Notes: generated by a model from the letters alone, not told the origin. A DNA stretch of 64,000 nt from Acidobacteriota bacterium (GCA_036507075.1 DASXQR010000221.1:37038-101037), one strand, 5' to 3'. Positions 37,349 to 46,806 are shown, counted from the stretch's first letter. Translations and numbers: made by a program.

Positions 37349-37656
37349 TTCACCACAGAGGCTTAGCGCGGCGAAGCCGCAACCAAAAGTCAAGGAGAGA
37401 CGGCCTGCGGGCCGTCTCTCTGCGGTGTTCTGCCAAGCAGAGACGGCCCTCAGGCCGTCTCTCCGCTCCCGAATAATTTACGCAGGCCGCGAAAATTCTC
37501 ATAGTTAGTAGTACAGAGGACACAGAGTTTTGTCCGTAGTCCGTTGTCAGTGGTCAGTTATGTTGTGAACCGTTCCTGACAACGCACAACTGACAGCGGG
37601 CCCCGGATCACGGACCACACACAAAACCCTGTGCTCCCTGTGTCTCTGTGGTGAAG
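37349..37656. mobile_element. Multiply nested repeat: nonamer inverted repeat > wrapper copy 5 (37363-37512) > REP doublet; heptamer inverted repeat in the loop
   Basis: ttcaccacagaggc|...|acagaggacacagag pairs with cctgtgctccctgtgtctctgtggtgaa; wrapper end TTAGCGCGGCGAAGCCGCAACC. Confidence 0.8.
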
Positions 37657-37675
37657 TCCTTTTAGCGAGGAACTC

Positions 37676-37684
37676 TGCTAGAAT
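37676..37684 (+). promoter_or_regulatory. Extended -10 promoter (TGcTAGAAT)
   Basis: 24 nt upstream of ATG 37709. Confidence 0.45.
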
Positions 37685-37708
37685 GCTGATCCCGGAGCAT
37701 CACAGATT

Positions 37709-38755
37709 ATGCAAATTCCCATGCGCAGATTGCGTATCATTCGACAGCTTTGGATTGGCGTGCTTATTTGCGCCACCGCAGGCCGGATTCAACACCTGGC
37801 AGGACAGGACAAAATGACATTTCCGACGCTTGGAAAATTAGTTCAGGAAGACCCGCGTTTCTATGAGCTGATTGCTTCCGAAGCAAAGATTGAAGTCCTT
37901 GCATCGGGCTTTGAATGGTCGGAAGGGCCGGTGTGGATCAAGGACGGCGGTTACCTGCTTTTCTCCGACATTCCGCGAAATTCGATCATGAAGTGGCAGG
38001 AAGGCAAGGGTCTGTCGCTGTTCATGAAGCCTTCCGGCTATACCGGCGTTGTCGACTATGGCAGAGAACCCGGGAGCAACGGACTGACCGTCGACCCGCA
38101 GGGGCGGCTCACCTTGTGCGAGCATGGAGACCGGCGTATTTCGAGGCTGGAGCGTGACGGCGGAAAGCGGACGCTGGTAGACAACTATCAGGGAAAACGT
38201 CTCAACAGCCCCAATGATCTGATTTACAAATCCAACGGCGATCTTTATTTCACCGACCCGCCTTACGGCCTTCCCCAGCAGGCGGACGATCCAAGGCGCG
38301 AGCTGCAGGTGTTTGGTGTTTATCGATTCTCTGTCGATGGCAAACTGACGCTGCTTACGTCGGAAATGACCCGCCCTAACGGGCTTGCTTTTTCACCCGA
38401 CGAAAAAACTCTTTACGTCGCCCAGTCAGACCCAAAGAAGGCAATCTGGATGGCCTTTCCCGTCAAGTCAGACGGAACGCTGGACAAGGGCCGCCTGTTC
38501 TCCGACGTAACCTCAATGGTGGATCAATATCCGGGGCTGCCCGACGGAATGAAAGTGGATCGCGGGGGAAATTTGTTTGCTACCGGTCCTGGTGGCGTCC
38601 ATGTTTTTGCGCCCGACGGCAAAAGGGTCGGCCGCATCGATACGGGCCAGAAGACGGCCAATTGCGCATGGGGAGAAGACGGCAGCGTTCTTTACATTAC
38701 GGCCGATAAATATCTCTGCCGCGTCAAAACAAAAACCCGCGGCGCCGGCTGGTAG
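37709..38755 (+). CDS. SMP-30/gluconolactonase family protein
   Basis: WSEGPVW, LFSDIP, GSNGL, LNSPND, YFTDPPYG, PNGLAFSPD, PDGMKVD. Confidence 0.93.
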   Translation: MQIPMRRLRIIRQLWIGVLICATAGRIQHLAGQDKMTFPTLGKLVQEDPRFYELIASEAKIEVLASGFEWSEGPVWIKDGGYLLFSDIPRNSIMKWQEGKGLSLFMKPSGYTGVVDYGREPGSNGLTVDPQGRLTLCEHGDRRISRLERDGGKRTLVDNYQGKRLNSPNDLIYKSNGDLYFTDPPYGLPQQADDPRRELQVFGVYRFSVDGKLTLLTSEMTRPNGLAFSPDEKTLYVAQSDPKKAIWMAFPVKSDGTLDKGRLFSDVTSMVDQYPGLPDGMKVDRGGNLFATGPGGVHVFAPDGKRVGRIDTGQKTANCAWGEDGSVLYITADKYLCRVKTKTRGAGW

Positions 38756-38782
38756 AAGGGGTTAATCGCCGCCGGACAGGGA

Positions 38783-38937
38783 CCGGTAAAAAAAATTCAC
38801 CACAAAGACACAAAGAGGCCTTTAGCTTCCAGTGGTCAGCCCTCGTCATCTTGTTGAACATTCCACTATTTGCCCGAGAGCTGACTACTGGAAGCTAAAG
38901 GATTCTTTGTGTCTTTGTGGTGAATTTTTTTTACCGG
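38783..38937. repeat. Long inverted repeat (about 57-bp arms) between convergent genes; possible bidirectional terminator
   Basis: ccggtaaaaaaaattcaccacaaagacacaaaga..cctttagcttccagtggtcag mirrored on the right; nonamer outside, heptamer inside. Confidence 0.88.
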
Positions 38938-39416
38938 CCCGGTACCGATAACAAGCGGGCGATTCGAAGCACCAGGAAATCAAGGTCCACAGGCTTTGAA
39001 ATCAGATCCTGAAAACCGGCGGCCAGAACAGTTCGCCTTTGTGGACCTGAGAAGCCAGTGATGGCCAGCGCCGGAACCTCCCTTACTTCCTTCTCAGGAT
39101 GGCTCCTGATCTGGCGGATAAGATCGTATCCGTCCTGGTCGGGCATGGCGAGGTCGGAAATTACGATATCGGGCGTATCCTGCTCGATCGCTGTCAGGGC
39201 TTTGGCGGCACTGGCAGCCTCCCTGACCTTGGCTCCCTCAATTTCCAGCGCGCAGGAGAAAACCTGCAGCGAACTGAAATCATCGTCAACGACAAGGACC
39301 TTTATTCCTGCAAGCGGAAGTGAAGCGGAGTGATCCTGCAGGTCGGAACAGTCAAACGATGCTTGCGCAGGATTGAGTTTGGTAGAGTTTTCGTCTTTCT
39401 CCGGAGAATTTGCCAT
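38931..39416 (-). CDS. Single-domain response regulator (receiver)
   Basis: VLVVDDD, ISDLAMPDQDG, AITG, SKPVD. Confidence 0.9.
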   Translation of the reverse strand: MANSPEKDENSTKLNPAQASFDCSDLQDHSASLPLAGIKVLVVDDDFSSLQVFSCALEIEGAKVREAASAAKALTAIEQDTPDIVISDLAMPDQDGYDLIRQIRSHPEKEVREVPALAITGFSGPQRRTVLAAGFQDLISKPVDLDFLVLRIARLLSVPGR

Positions 39417-39557
39417 TTACTTCTTGTATTTTGCGCGCCATGAGACGTGCGATAATCTTTCACTCCTAGGAGAATTGTAGTCCTGTTCTCCAGCCTGTCA
39501 ATTCAGGTACGTATAGGTCTTTAAAATAAGGATTAATTGAGGAGGTTGAGCACGGGG

Positions 39558-39640
39558 TTGAGCACGAATTGCACGAATTACACGAATCTTCTTATTTTTA
39601 ATTTCGTGAAATTCGTAAAATTCGTGAAATTCGTGCTCAA
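39558..39640. repeat. Nonamer inverted repeat TTGAGCACGAA...TTCGTGCTCAA
   Basis: Perfect terminal 11-mer match with CACGAATTN units. Confidence 0.9.
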
Positions 39641-39643
39641 CAC

Positions 39644-40966
39644 TCAACCCAGCTGCGCGGCGCGGGCCTGGATTTTGCGCACGCCTTCGATGATCTGGTC
39701 CATGTCTTCGCGCGGCCCAAGCAGCATGGTCTGCGTAAACCAGACCGCCTCGTCGCACAGGCGGTCATTTGCCGGGCACTGGTTTCGTTCACCGTAGCGG
39801 GCAAGCTCCTGAGCGGGATAAATGGCGCGAAACCCCCGAGAATTGAGTGTCTGAGTCAGGAAGGGCTCCTTGTTCAAGGGCGTATATCCCCCCGAACAGG
39901 GAACTCCTTCGGCGCGCATGGCCTCGAGAAAGCGGGCGCGTGAAATCCCGGAAAAGTGGCTCTTGTCGTACCGGAACATATAAAGGTGGTAGGCGTTGCG
40001 AGTGCATCCGTCATACATGCGAGCCGGCCGGATGCCCGGAATCTCGCCGAGCCTGCGCGTCAGATACTGGGCGTTCTGCTCGCGAATGCGCGATTGTTCC
40101 TCCACCCGCGAGAGCTGTTCGAGCAGCAGCGCCGCCTGAAACTCGGTAATGCGCAGGTTGAATCCGGGGCCGTCGTAGGAAAATCCGGATCGAGTTGACT
40201 TGAATCCGCGGCCGTTATTGTGAAAGCTCTCGCAGAACTCAATCAGATCGTCGCGCTGCGTAATGATGGCGCCGCCTTCACCGGAATTCAGATTCTTACT
40301 TGCCTGAAAGCTAAAACAACCCAGATCACCGAGCGTGCTGACTTTCTGGCGCTTCCATTCGGCAAGGTGAGCCTGGCAGGCATCCTCAATCACGGGCAGG
40401 CTGTATTTGCGGGCCACAGTAAGAATTTTGTCCATGTCGGCGGCGGACCCGCCCAAATGGACCGGCAGAATGCAGCGAGTGCGCGGGGTGATAGCCGCTT
40501 CAATCTTGTCGGCATCGATCTGAAAAGTTTCCCGATCCGTGTCCACAAAAATGGGAAGAGCATGGCAGGCAAGCACCACGTTGATAGTGGCGACGAAAGT
40601 ATAAGGCGGCACCACAACTTCATCTCCCGGGCCGATGCCGAGCGCCTTCAGAGAAATATAAAGAGCGCTTGTGCCATTGGCCACCGCCAGGCAGTGTTTG
40701 GCTCCCAGAGTCCTGGCCCAGGTTTCGTCAAAGAGCTTGCCGTAGTTGCCGTTGCCGCGGCCCCATTTCTTTTTGCGCAGAACTTCCATCCAGGTGGTCT
40801 CGTCATTGCTCTGAATCACGGGCCAGGAGGGAAAGGCCTTCGAGCGCACCGGCTTTCCGCCCAGGATGGCGAGCGTATTGTCGGGGGCTTTGAGCGGTCT
40901 GCTGAACCCCAGGGCGGCCATGCCGGTCGAGGCGCCGGTCAAAAAATGTCGTCGTGTCAGAGTCAT
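39644..40966 (-). CDS. DegT/DnrJ/EryC1/StrS PLP aminotransferase with Tat signal
   Basis: [43 protein letters not shown]. Confidence 0.92.
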   Translation of the reverse strand: MTLTRRHFLTGASTGMAALGFSRPLKAPDNTLAILGGKPVRSKAFPSWPVIQSNDETTWMEVLRKKKWGRGNGNYGKLFDETWARTLGAKHCLAVANGTSALYISLKALGIGPGDEVVVPPYTFVATINVVLACHALPIFVDTDRETFQIDADKIEAAITPRTRCILPVHLGGSAADMDKILTVARKYSLPVIEDACQAHLAEWKRQKVSTLGDLGCFSFQASKNLNSGEGGAIITQRDDLIEFCESFHNNGRGFKSTRSGFSYDGPGFNLRITEFQAALLLEQLSRVEEQSRIREQNAQYLTRRLGEIPGIRPARMYDGCTRNAYHLYMFRYDKSHFSGISRARFLEAMRAEGVPCSGGYTPLNKEPFLTQTLNSRGFRAIYPAQELARYGERNQCPANDRLCDEAVWFTQTMLLGPREDMDQIIEGVRKIQARAAQLG

Positions 40967-41053
40967 GATTCTCCTTTCAGGGCCCAATTGCACCCATAGA
41001 GCCGCGACCCGAGGGGAGCGGCGCGGCTCCGCTCTTGCAACAGATTGCTACCT

Positions 41054-42562
41054 TTAGTTCATCCGGTCAATCATTTGGTGTATTCGTCCGATAATGGTCT
41101 CTTCGATGGAAGGAGCGAAGGGGCCGGGCTGCACGTAGTAAATCATGGCCCCACCGCCCTCATATCCACCTTCCTGCAAAATTCGCAGCGAAGGAATGTA
41201 GGCGAAAACATCGTTTGAATATCCGGCCACCCACAGCTTTTCAGACCCGAGTTCGCGTTTGAGGCGCAGCACATAATCCACGACCACTTCACCGGCAAGC
41301 GCGATCATGGTGAGATCGGGGCCAAACTTCCAGACTTGGACGCTGTAAGGATACCGGTTCGGAAGGCGCCCATCCCTGTCCATAATGCGCAGCATCTCCT
41401 GCGCGTGCCGCCGCTCGTAAACATTTCCAGTCTTGATTTTCTGCTCGAAATCCCCGCGGCCGGGCGGACGGGCGAAGTCCACGGGGAATTCTTCAAACTT
41501 CATCGTGAGCGGACTTTGCACTACCTTCATGGGACCCTGCATTGCGGCTTCCACCGACTGGGCAAGCGCTTCGCCATGCTGCCGGGCCAGTTCCATCGTT
41601 CCGCGCGGGCTGGGATTGGCGTCGGCGCCGCAACCAGCCATGAACATGGCGATGGCGCCGGGGTGTTTGTTTTGCAGCCACTGCTGCGCCCAGCCGGTGT
41701 AATCGCCATGGAAGCGGACCATATCTGCACCCACTGTTGTGTTATGGCAGGCATATTGGAAAACTACCGCGAGAAGACCGCCGTCTCCCTTCTCAACTCG
41801 CAGCACGGGAACATCATGGTCGACGGGCCCGGCCGGATTGGTGCCTCCGACGAACCGCCCGTCTCGCAGCTCACGACGATTTTTGGCGAATGAAGCGCTG
41901 CTGCGTCCAAATTTGACGTGTGCCGGCGCGAGATTCTGCAGCGCCTTTTCCACGACGGCTGCGATCTTTTCTTCCAACTGCTTGGTGTAATCTTCGATGG
42001 CACTCCACTGTTCCGGATTCAGGTCATAAGCTACCGCCAAAGTTCTGCGCACCACCGGACCGCCGTGCGTATGGGAGGCGTTGAACAGAACGGCGTCTCG
42101 CGGCAGGTGATGCTTCTGTCTCAGTTGTTCCGCTATGTGCGCGCTGGTCTCTCTCGGGAAGCCGAGCAAGTCTGCCGTGATCAGCACCGCTCTCTTGCCC
42201 CTGCTGTCCTCAAGGGCCAGCGCCTTGGCGTGCAGGTCCTGAGCCGTTCCTTCCGACGGTTTGTTGCGGGCGGCATAACCCGCCATCCAAACGGAAGTCT
42301 CGGGTGTAATGTCGATTTCGGCAACGCCGGCTTTCCACTGCGCGCGATTATCCGGCAAAACCGGCGAGGAATGTCCCGGAGGAACAGCGGCCTTCCACAA
42401 CAGGTTTTGGCTGCGGTTGAATTCAATCGGCAGACCGGTGGCCTGAGAGACTCCGGAGCCATTCGGACCGCGGAAGCGTGGCCAATCGCCGGCCTCCTTG
42501 GCGGCACAGCAGACCGTCGCCGCCGCAACAGTGAGGATCAAGCGTAGTAATTTCACAGGCAT
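41054..42562 (-). CDS. Neutral/alkaline ceramidase-like hydrolase with N-terminal PQQ-propeller stub
   Basis: AGVAEIDITP, MAGYAAR, LHAKALAL, ASHTHGGP, YACHNT, GGYEG. Confidence 0.82.
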   Translation of the reverse strand: MPVKLLRLILTVAAATVCCAAKEAGDWPRFRGPNGSGVSQATGLPIEFNRSQNLLWKAAVPPGHSSPVLPDNRAQWKAGVAEIDITPETSVWMAGYAARNKPSEGTAQDLHAKALALEDSRGKRAVLITADLLGFPRETSAHIAEQLRQKHHLPRDAVLFNASHTHGGPVVRRTLAVAYDLNPEQWSAIEDYTKQLEEKIAAVVEKALQNLAPAHVKFGRSSASFAKNRRELRDGRFVGGTNPAGPVDHDVPVLRVEKGDGGLLAVVFQYACHNTTVGADMVRFHGDYTGWAQQWLQNKHPGAIAMFMAGCGADANPSPRGTMELARQHGEALAQSVEAAMQGPMKVVQSPLTMKFEEFPVDFARPPGRGDFEQKIKTGNVYERRHAQEMLRIMDRDGRLPNRYPYSVQVWKFGPDLTMIALAGEVVVDYVLRLKRELGSEKLWVAGYSNDVFAYIPSLRILQEGGYEGGGAMIYYVQPGPFAPSIEETIIGRIHQMIDRMN

Positions 42563-42583
42563 CCTCTGAATCTGGCTGCACCC

Positions 42584-42787
42584 ACAGAGGCGCAACCTGA
42601 AGGGCGCGGGTTTGCCACGAAGCCTCGAAGGCACGAAAGGCACTTGTCTTTTTTGAAGTGATACTTCTCTATAACTCCAATCCCAGCTTTCGCAGAAGTG
42701 TCATTTTTTACTTAAATCGTTAAACTTCGTGTCTTCGTGTCTTCGTGTCTTCGTGGCAAACCCGCGCCCCTCAGGTTGCGCCTCTGT
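42584..42787. repeat. Inverted repeat (about 40-bp arms) with octamer CTTCGTGT array inside
   Basis: acagaggcgcaacctgaagggcgcgggtttgccacgaag / cttcgtggcaaacccgcgcccctcaggttgcgcctctgt. Confidence 0.88.
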
Positions 42788-42802
42788 CGGTGCCGTTGAC
42801 AT

Positions 42803-44185
42803 CTATTCAGTCGCCTTGAGCTGCTTTTGCAATTCGTTCTTCAATTCCTTCAACTTATCCTGCACACGGGCTTGCTGAATGACATTTTTCATCTCGTAGG
42901 GATCCGATTTCAAATCGTACAGCTCATCCATATCCGTCATTTCCGGATAATGAATATATTTCCATCTATCGCTGCGGACTGCCTGCCAACTGGGAACTCG
43001 AGGGTTTTGCCGTTCCGCGTAGTACTCGGCAATAAAGGCGCTGCGCCAGTTCTTTGTGTTGGATTTGAACAGCGGCAGCAGCGACCGTCCAGCGAAATCC
43101 TTCGGCAGCGAAACACCGCCTATTTCAAGCAAGGTAGGAGCAATGTCGATATTGAGAGTCATCTGATCGCGAACGGTTCCCGGCTTGATCATCTTTGGGT
43201 ATCGTACAAGCAGCGGATCCCGGATTGATTCTTCGTAAGCAGCGCGCTTGTCGCCCAACCCGTGTTCGCCCCAGAAATAACCGTTGTCGCTGGTGAAGAT
43301 CAGAATTGTGTTGTCGAGCTGTTGGGTTTCCTCCAGGGCCCTGAAAATGCGGCCCACTCCCTCGTCAATCGACATGAGAGCGCGCATTTGGTTGCGAATC
43401 AACTCGTCGTTGGGGCCGGTTCCCGGGCCGGGTGGTGTCTGGTTTTCGATTTTCCGCAGCAGCGCTGGTTTCCCCTGCAGCGTGTCCTGAGTGCTGGGTG
43501 CGCGAACGATCGCCTGCTCTGAGTAGAGGCCTTTGTGGCGCGCGGCCGGAATGAAGGGGCCGTGCACTGCCTTGTGCGCCAGATAGAGCAGAAAAGGGCC
43601 GCGGTGGGAACGCTCGATGAACGCTACCGCTTCGTCGTTGAGAATATCCGTTATATAGCCGGAAACCTTTTCCACCTTCCCATCTTTGTTCAAAACGGGA
43701 TCGTCGTAAGCGCCCTGCCCCTTGAAGCTGACCCAGCGATCAAAACCGGGCCGCGGCATGTCGTCGTTGCCCATGTGCCACTTTCCAACGTACCCGGTTC
43801 GGTAGCCGGCATCGTGAAGCAGGCGCGGGAACGTGATCAGTTTGTGACTCAATTCATTGTTGTTGCCGTTTGTGGTAACGCCGTGTTTGTGCGGATACTG
43901 GCCGGTCAGGAAGCTGGCCCGGCTGGGAGAGCAGAGAGGGATCACCACGAAAAAATTTCGAAACAGGGCGCCTTCTCTTCCGATTCGATCAATATTCGGC
44001 GTTCTTAAGAATGGATGGCCCGCAATGCCCAGCTCATCCCATCGCTGGTCGTCGGTGAGTATAAAGACAATGTTGGGGCGCCGGGCCTGAGAACCTGTCC
44101 TTTCCTGGTTCGAAGCGATGGCTAAAAGGCAGGCGACTGAGGCCAAGCCGACCGCGGCCAGTTTGATAAACAATCGATTAGTCAT
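42803..44185 (-). CDS. Cys-type sulfatase (N-acetylglucosamine-6-sulfatase-like)
   Basis: PNIVFILTDDQR, CSPSRASFLTG, GKWH, SDNG; GGAGG RBS. Confidence 0.93.
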   Translation of the reverse strand: MTNRLFIKLAAVGLASVACLLAIASNQERTGSQARRPNIVFILTDDQRWDELGIAGHPFLRTPNIDRIGREGALFRNFFVVIPLCSPSRASFLTGQYPHKHGVTTNGNNNELSHKLITFPRLLHDAGYRTGYVGKWHMGNDDMPRPGFDRWVSFKGQGAYDDPVLNKDGKVEKVSGYITDILNDEAVAFIERSHRGPFLLYLAHKAVHGPFIPAARHKGLYSEQAIVRAPSTQDTLQGKPALLRKIENQTPPGPGTGPNDELIRNQMRALMSIDEGVGRIFRALEETQQLDNTILIFTSDNGYFWGEHGLGDKRAAYEESIRDPLLVRYPKMIKPGTVRDQMTLNIDIAPTLLEIGGVSLPKDFAGRSLLPLFKSNTKNWRSAFIAEYYAERQNPRVPSWQAVRSDRWKYIHYPEMTDMDELYDLKSDPYEMKNVIQQARVQDKLKELKNELQKQLKATE

Positions 44186-44246
44186 CTTCATTCCTCCAAA
44201 AAAGAGCCTTTGTGCCTTTTGTGCCTCTGTGGTGATATTGATTTCC

Positions 44247-45833
44247 ATGAAACAATACACATTCCTCTTTCGTACTGCAATCCGCTCACTTCTGCTGATG
44301 ATGGTCCTCTGGGGCGCCGCCCGCTACTCCTCGCGGCCCGTTTCCTCGGCGGCAAACCGGCCGCCGTACGTGCTTGTCATCTACGCCGACCAGCATCGAT
44401 TCGACTGTTTGGGGGCTGCGGGGAACCCCAACGTAAAGACTCCATATCTGGATTCCCTGGCGCGCGACGGGGTGCTGTTTCGAAACAGCTTTTGCACCTG
44501 GCCCGTCTGCACACCGTCGCGTTACTCGCTGTTGAGCGGGCAATACGTAAAACAGCATCGGGGGCGTTCCAATCAGGCTACACTGCTTCCCGGAACCCGG
44601 ACATTTCCGGCCCTGCTGCGCGCGGCCGGCTACTCCACGGCGGCGGTAGGGAAAATGCACTTCACCCCGGCATACCAGGACGTCGGATTCAGCGAACTCC
44701 AACTGGCCGAGCAGAACGGCCGCGGTCGCTGGGTGGACGACTATCATCGCTATCTCAAAGAGCGGGGATTGATCGATTCAGTCGATCTGATTGATCAGGA
44801 GAGACTCTATCGAAATCGGGCGCCACAGGACTACTGGCAGACGTTCGGCGCCGCGGTTTCGAATCTACCGGAAGAGCATCATTCGACGACCTGGATTGGC
44901 AATCGCGCTCTGGAGCAGCTTTCAAAATGGAAGCCGGACAAACCGGCTTTGTTGATGGTCGGCTTCATCAAACCTCATCATCCGTTCGATCCCCCCGCGC
45001 CCTGGGACCGCATGTATGATCCTGCGGCGTTGACCGTGCTTCCCGGTTGGACTGACCAGCCTCTATCGCGGGACCTGGAGCGCAACCGCGGCTATTTCGA
45101 ACACACCACGCTGAGCCTGCCGGCGCTGCGCCGCGTGATGGCGTACTACTATGCCGCCATTTCACAACTGGATGCGCAGGTTGGAAAGATGCTCGATTCG
45201 CTGAAGCGCAAAGGCCTTTACGAGAAAACGCTGATTGTTTACACCGCGGATCATGGCGAGTATCTGGGATTTCACCACATGCTTCTGAAGAGCAACCATA
45301 TGTATGATCCGCTGATCAAGGTTCCGCTGATCATCAAGTATCCGCAGAACCGCCTTGCCGGCGCTGTCTCCGGGATCCTGGTGAGTTCTATTGATGTGAC
45401 GGCAACAATTCTTCGGGAAGCGGCACTCGAGCCGGCGCCCGAGATGAAAGGGCGCTCGCTTTACAGCGGCGGGCTTTCGAGGGAAGCCGGCCGTGATCTC
45501 GTTTTTGCCGAAGACGCCGGGTTTGTAATGGTACGCTCAAGCACGCGCAAGCTGCTTTACAGCGCGCAGCCGGGTCGATCCCTTTTCTTCGACCTTGAAA
45601 GCGATCCGCTGGAGATCAAGAATCTTGCCGATGACCCCGACCGGCAGGGAGAAATTCAGTACATGAAGGAAGCTTTACTGCGCTGGTTTCAAGTAGAAAC
45701 GGAGACCGAGCCCCATGTCGATCTTACGGCACGACAGATAAACCAGCCCAATGTTCCCGCCGACCGCACCGCCGCCGAAAAGGAAATGCAGCGCTACAGC
45801 GAAGAGAAAATGCGGCGGATTCTGGGAAAGTAA
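44247..45833 (+). CDS. Cys-type sulfatase (arylsulfatase/choline-sulfatase-like)
   Basis: YADQHR, CTPSRYSLLSG, GKMH, PHHPFDPP, ADHGE. Confidence 0.92.
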   Translation: MKQYTFLFRTAIRSLLLMMVLWGAARYSSRPVSSAANRPPYVLVIYADQHRFDCLGAAGNPNVKTPYLDSLARDGVLFRNSFCTWPVCTPSRYSLLSGQYVKQHRGRSNQATLLPGTRTFPALLRAAGYSTAAVGKMHFTPAYQDVGFSELQLAEQNGRGRWVDDYHRYLKERGLIDSVDLIDQERLYRNRAPQDYWQTFGAAVSNLPEEHHSTTWIGNRALEQLSKWKPDKPALLMVGFIKPHHPFDPPAPWDRMYDPAALTVLPGWTDQPLSRDLERNRGYFEHTTLSLPALRRVMAYYYAAISQLDAQVGKMLDSLKRKGLYEKTLIVYTADHGEYLGFHHMLLKSNHMYDPLIKVPLIIKYPQNRLAGAVSGILVSSIDVTATILREAALEPAPEMKGRSLYSGGLSREAGRDLVFAEDAGFVMVRSSTRKLLYSAQPGRSLFFDLESDPLEIKNLADDPDRQGEIQYMKEALLRWFQVETETEPHVDLTARQINQPNVPADRTAAEKEMQRYSEEKMRRILGK

Positions 45834-46038
45834 GCGGGAGGAATGGATGAGTAACAGAGTCACGACCGAGTTACGGGTTACGGGTTACGGGTTTTCGGGT
45901 TACGAGTTGGGGGACGCGGCGAATTTCCTGCTGCAGAACCGATATCGGTGATGACCGAAACTCGGAACCCGAAACTCGAAAACCCGTAACCCGTAACTCG
46001 GTCGTGACTCTGTTATTCGTACACTCTCCCACTCACTT
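45828..46038. repeat. Long imperfect palindrome with TTACGGG heptamers spanning the gap between convergent genes
   Basis: taacagagtcacgaccgagttacgggttacgggtt mirrored by aacccgtaacccgtaactcggtcgtgactctgtta. Confidence 0.9.
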
Positions 46039-46740
46039 GTATCCCCGCTTCCTGGCTTCTTCCAGAATCGCTTCGGTAGCCGTGGCGCCGACTCGCGTCA
46101 CGCCAAGGTCCCGCACGCGTAACAAATCCTCCAGGTTTCGCACTCCTCCCGCTGCCTTGACTTGCACGCTCTCGGTACAATGGCTGCGCATCAGCCGCAG
46201 ATCGTAATCGGTGGCGCCGCCATAGGAATACATGCCATTGGATTGCTTTACGAATCCATACCCTGTGGAGGTTTTAACGAAGGCGACCGCATGCGAAGCA
46301 CAGATCTCACATAAACGAATAATTTGAGTATCTTCCAGATAGTCGTTTTCAAAGATGACTTTCAGGAGCGCACCATGATCCCTGACAACCTGATTGACGC
46401 GGTTTATTTCTTCCGAGACATAGTCCCAGTCGCCTCCCAACACCTTTCCGATGTTCACCACCATGTCAATTTCAACGGCGCCGTCGCCAAGCACCTGGTC
46501 TGCCTCTCTCAACTTGATCCTGGTGGCAGAGTTGCCGTGTGGAAACGCGATCACAGCACAAACGGCCACGCCGGAGCCGGCGAGAATGTCGCGCGCCATC
46601 AGGGTTGCGTATGGTTTCACGCAGGCGCTGGCCACTTGATACTTTTTTGCCACATGACAACCGTGAACGATCCCCTTGTCGGTTATGGTGGGATGGAGCA
46701 GCGAATGATCGATCATCCGGGCAAGGGAACTCAGCATCAT
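46033..46740 (-). CDS. deoC: Deoxyribose-phosphate aldolase
   Basis: IDHSLL, VIAFPHG, EIDMVVN, LKVIFE, FVKTSTG, VKAAGGVR. Confidence 0.93.
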   Translation of the reverse strand: MMLSSLARMIDHSLLHPTITDKGIVHGCHVAKKYQVASACVKPYATLMARDILAGSGVAVCAVIAFPHGNSATRIKLREADQVLGDGAVEIDMVVNIGKVLGGDWDYVSEEINRVNQVVRDHGALLKVIFENDYLEDTQIIRLCEICASHAVAFVKTSTGYGFVKQSNGMYSYGGATDYDLRLMRSHCTESVQVKAAGGVRNLEDLLRVRDLGVTRVGATATEAILEEARKRGYK

Positions 46741-46806
46741 TTGATCCGATCCTATCAGTTCCACCAGTTGCGGTTACGAGTTTTCGAGTCCGCAAACCCG
46801 CCTTTT

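Noticed and set aside
45870..45905. Telomere-like TTACGGG repeats
   Set aside because: Internal and part of an inverted element like the other heptamer families.
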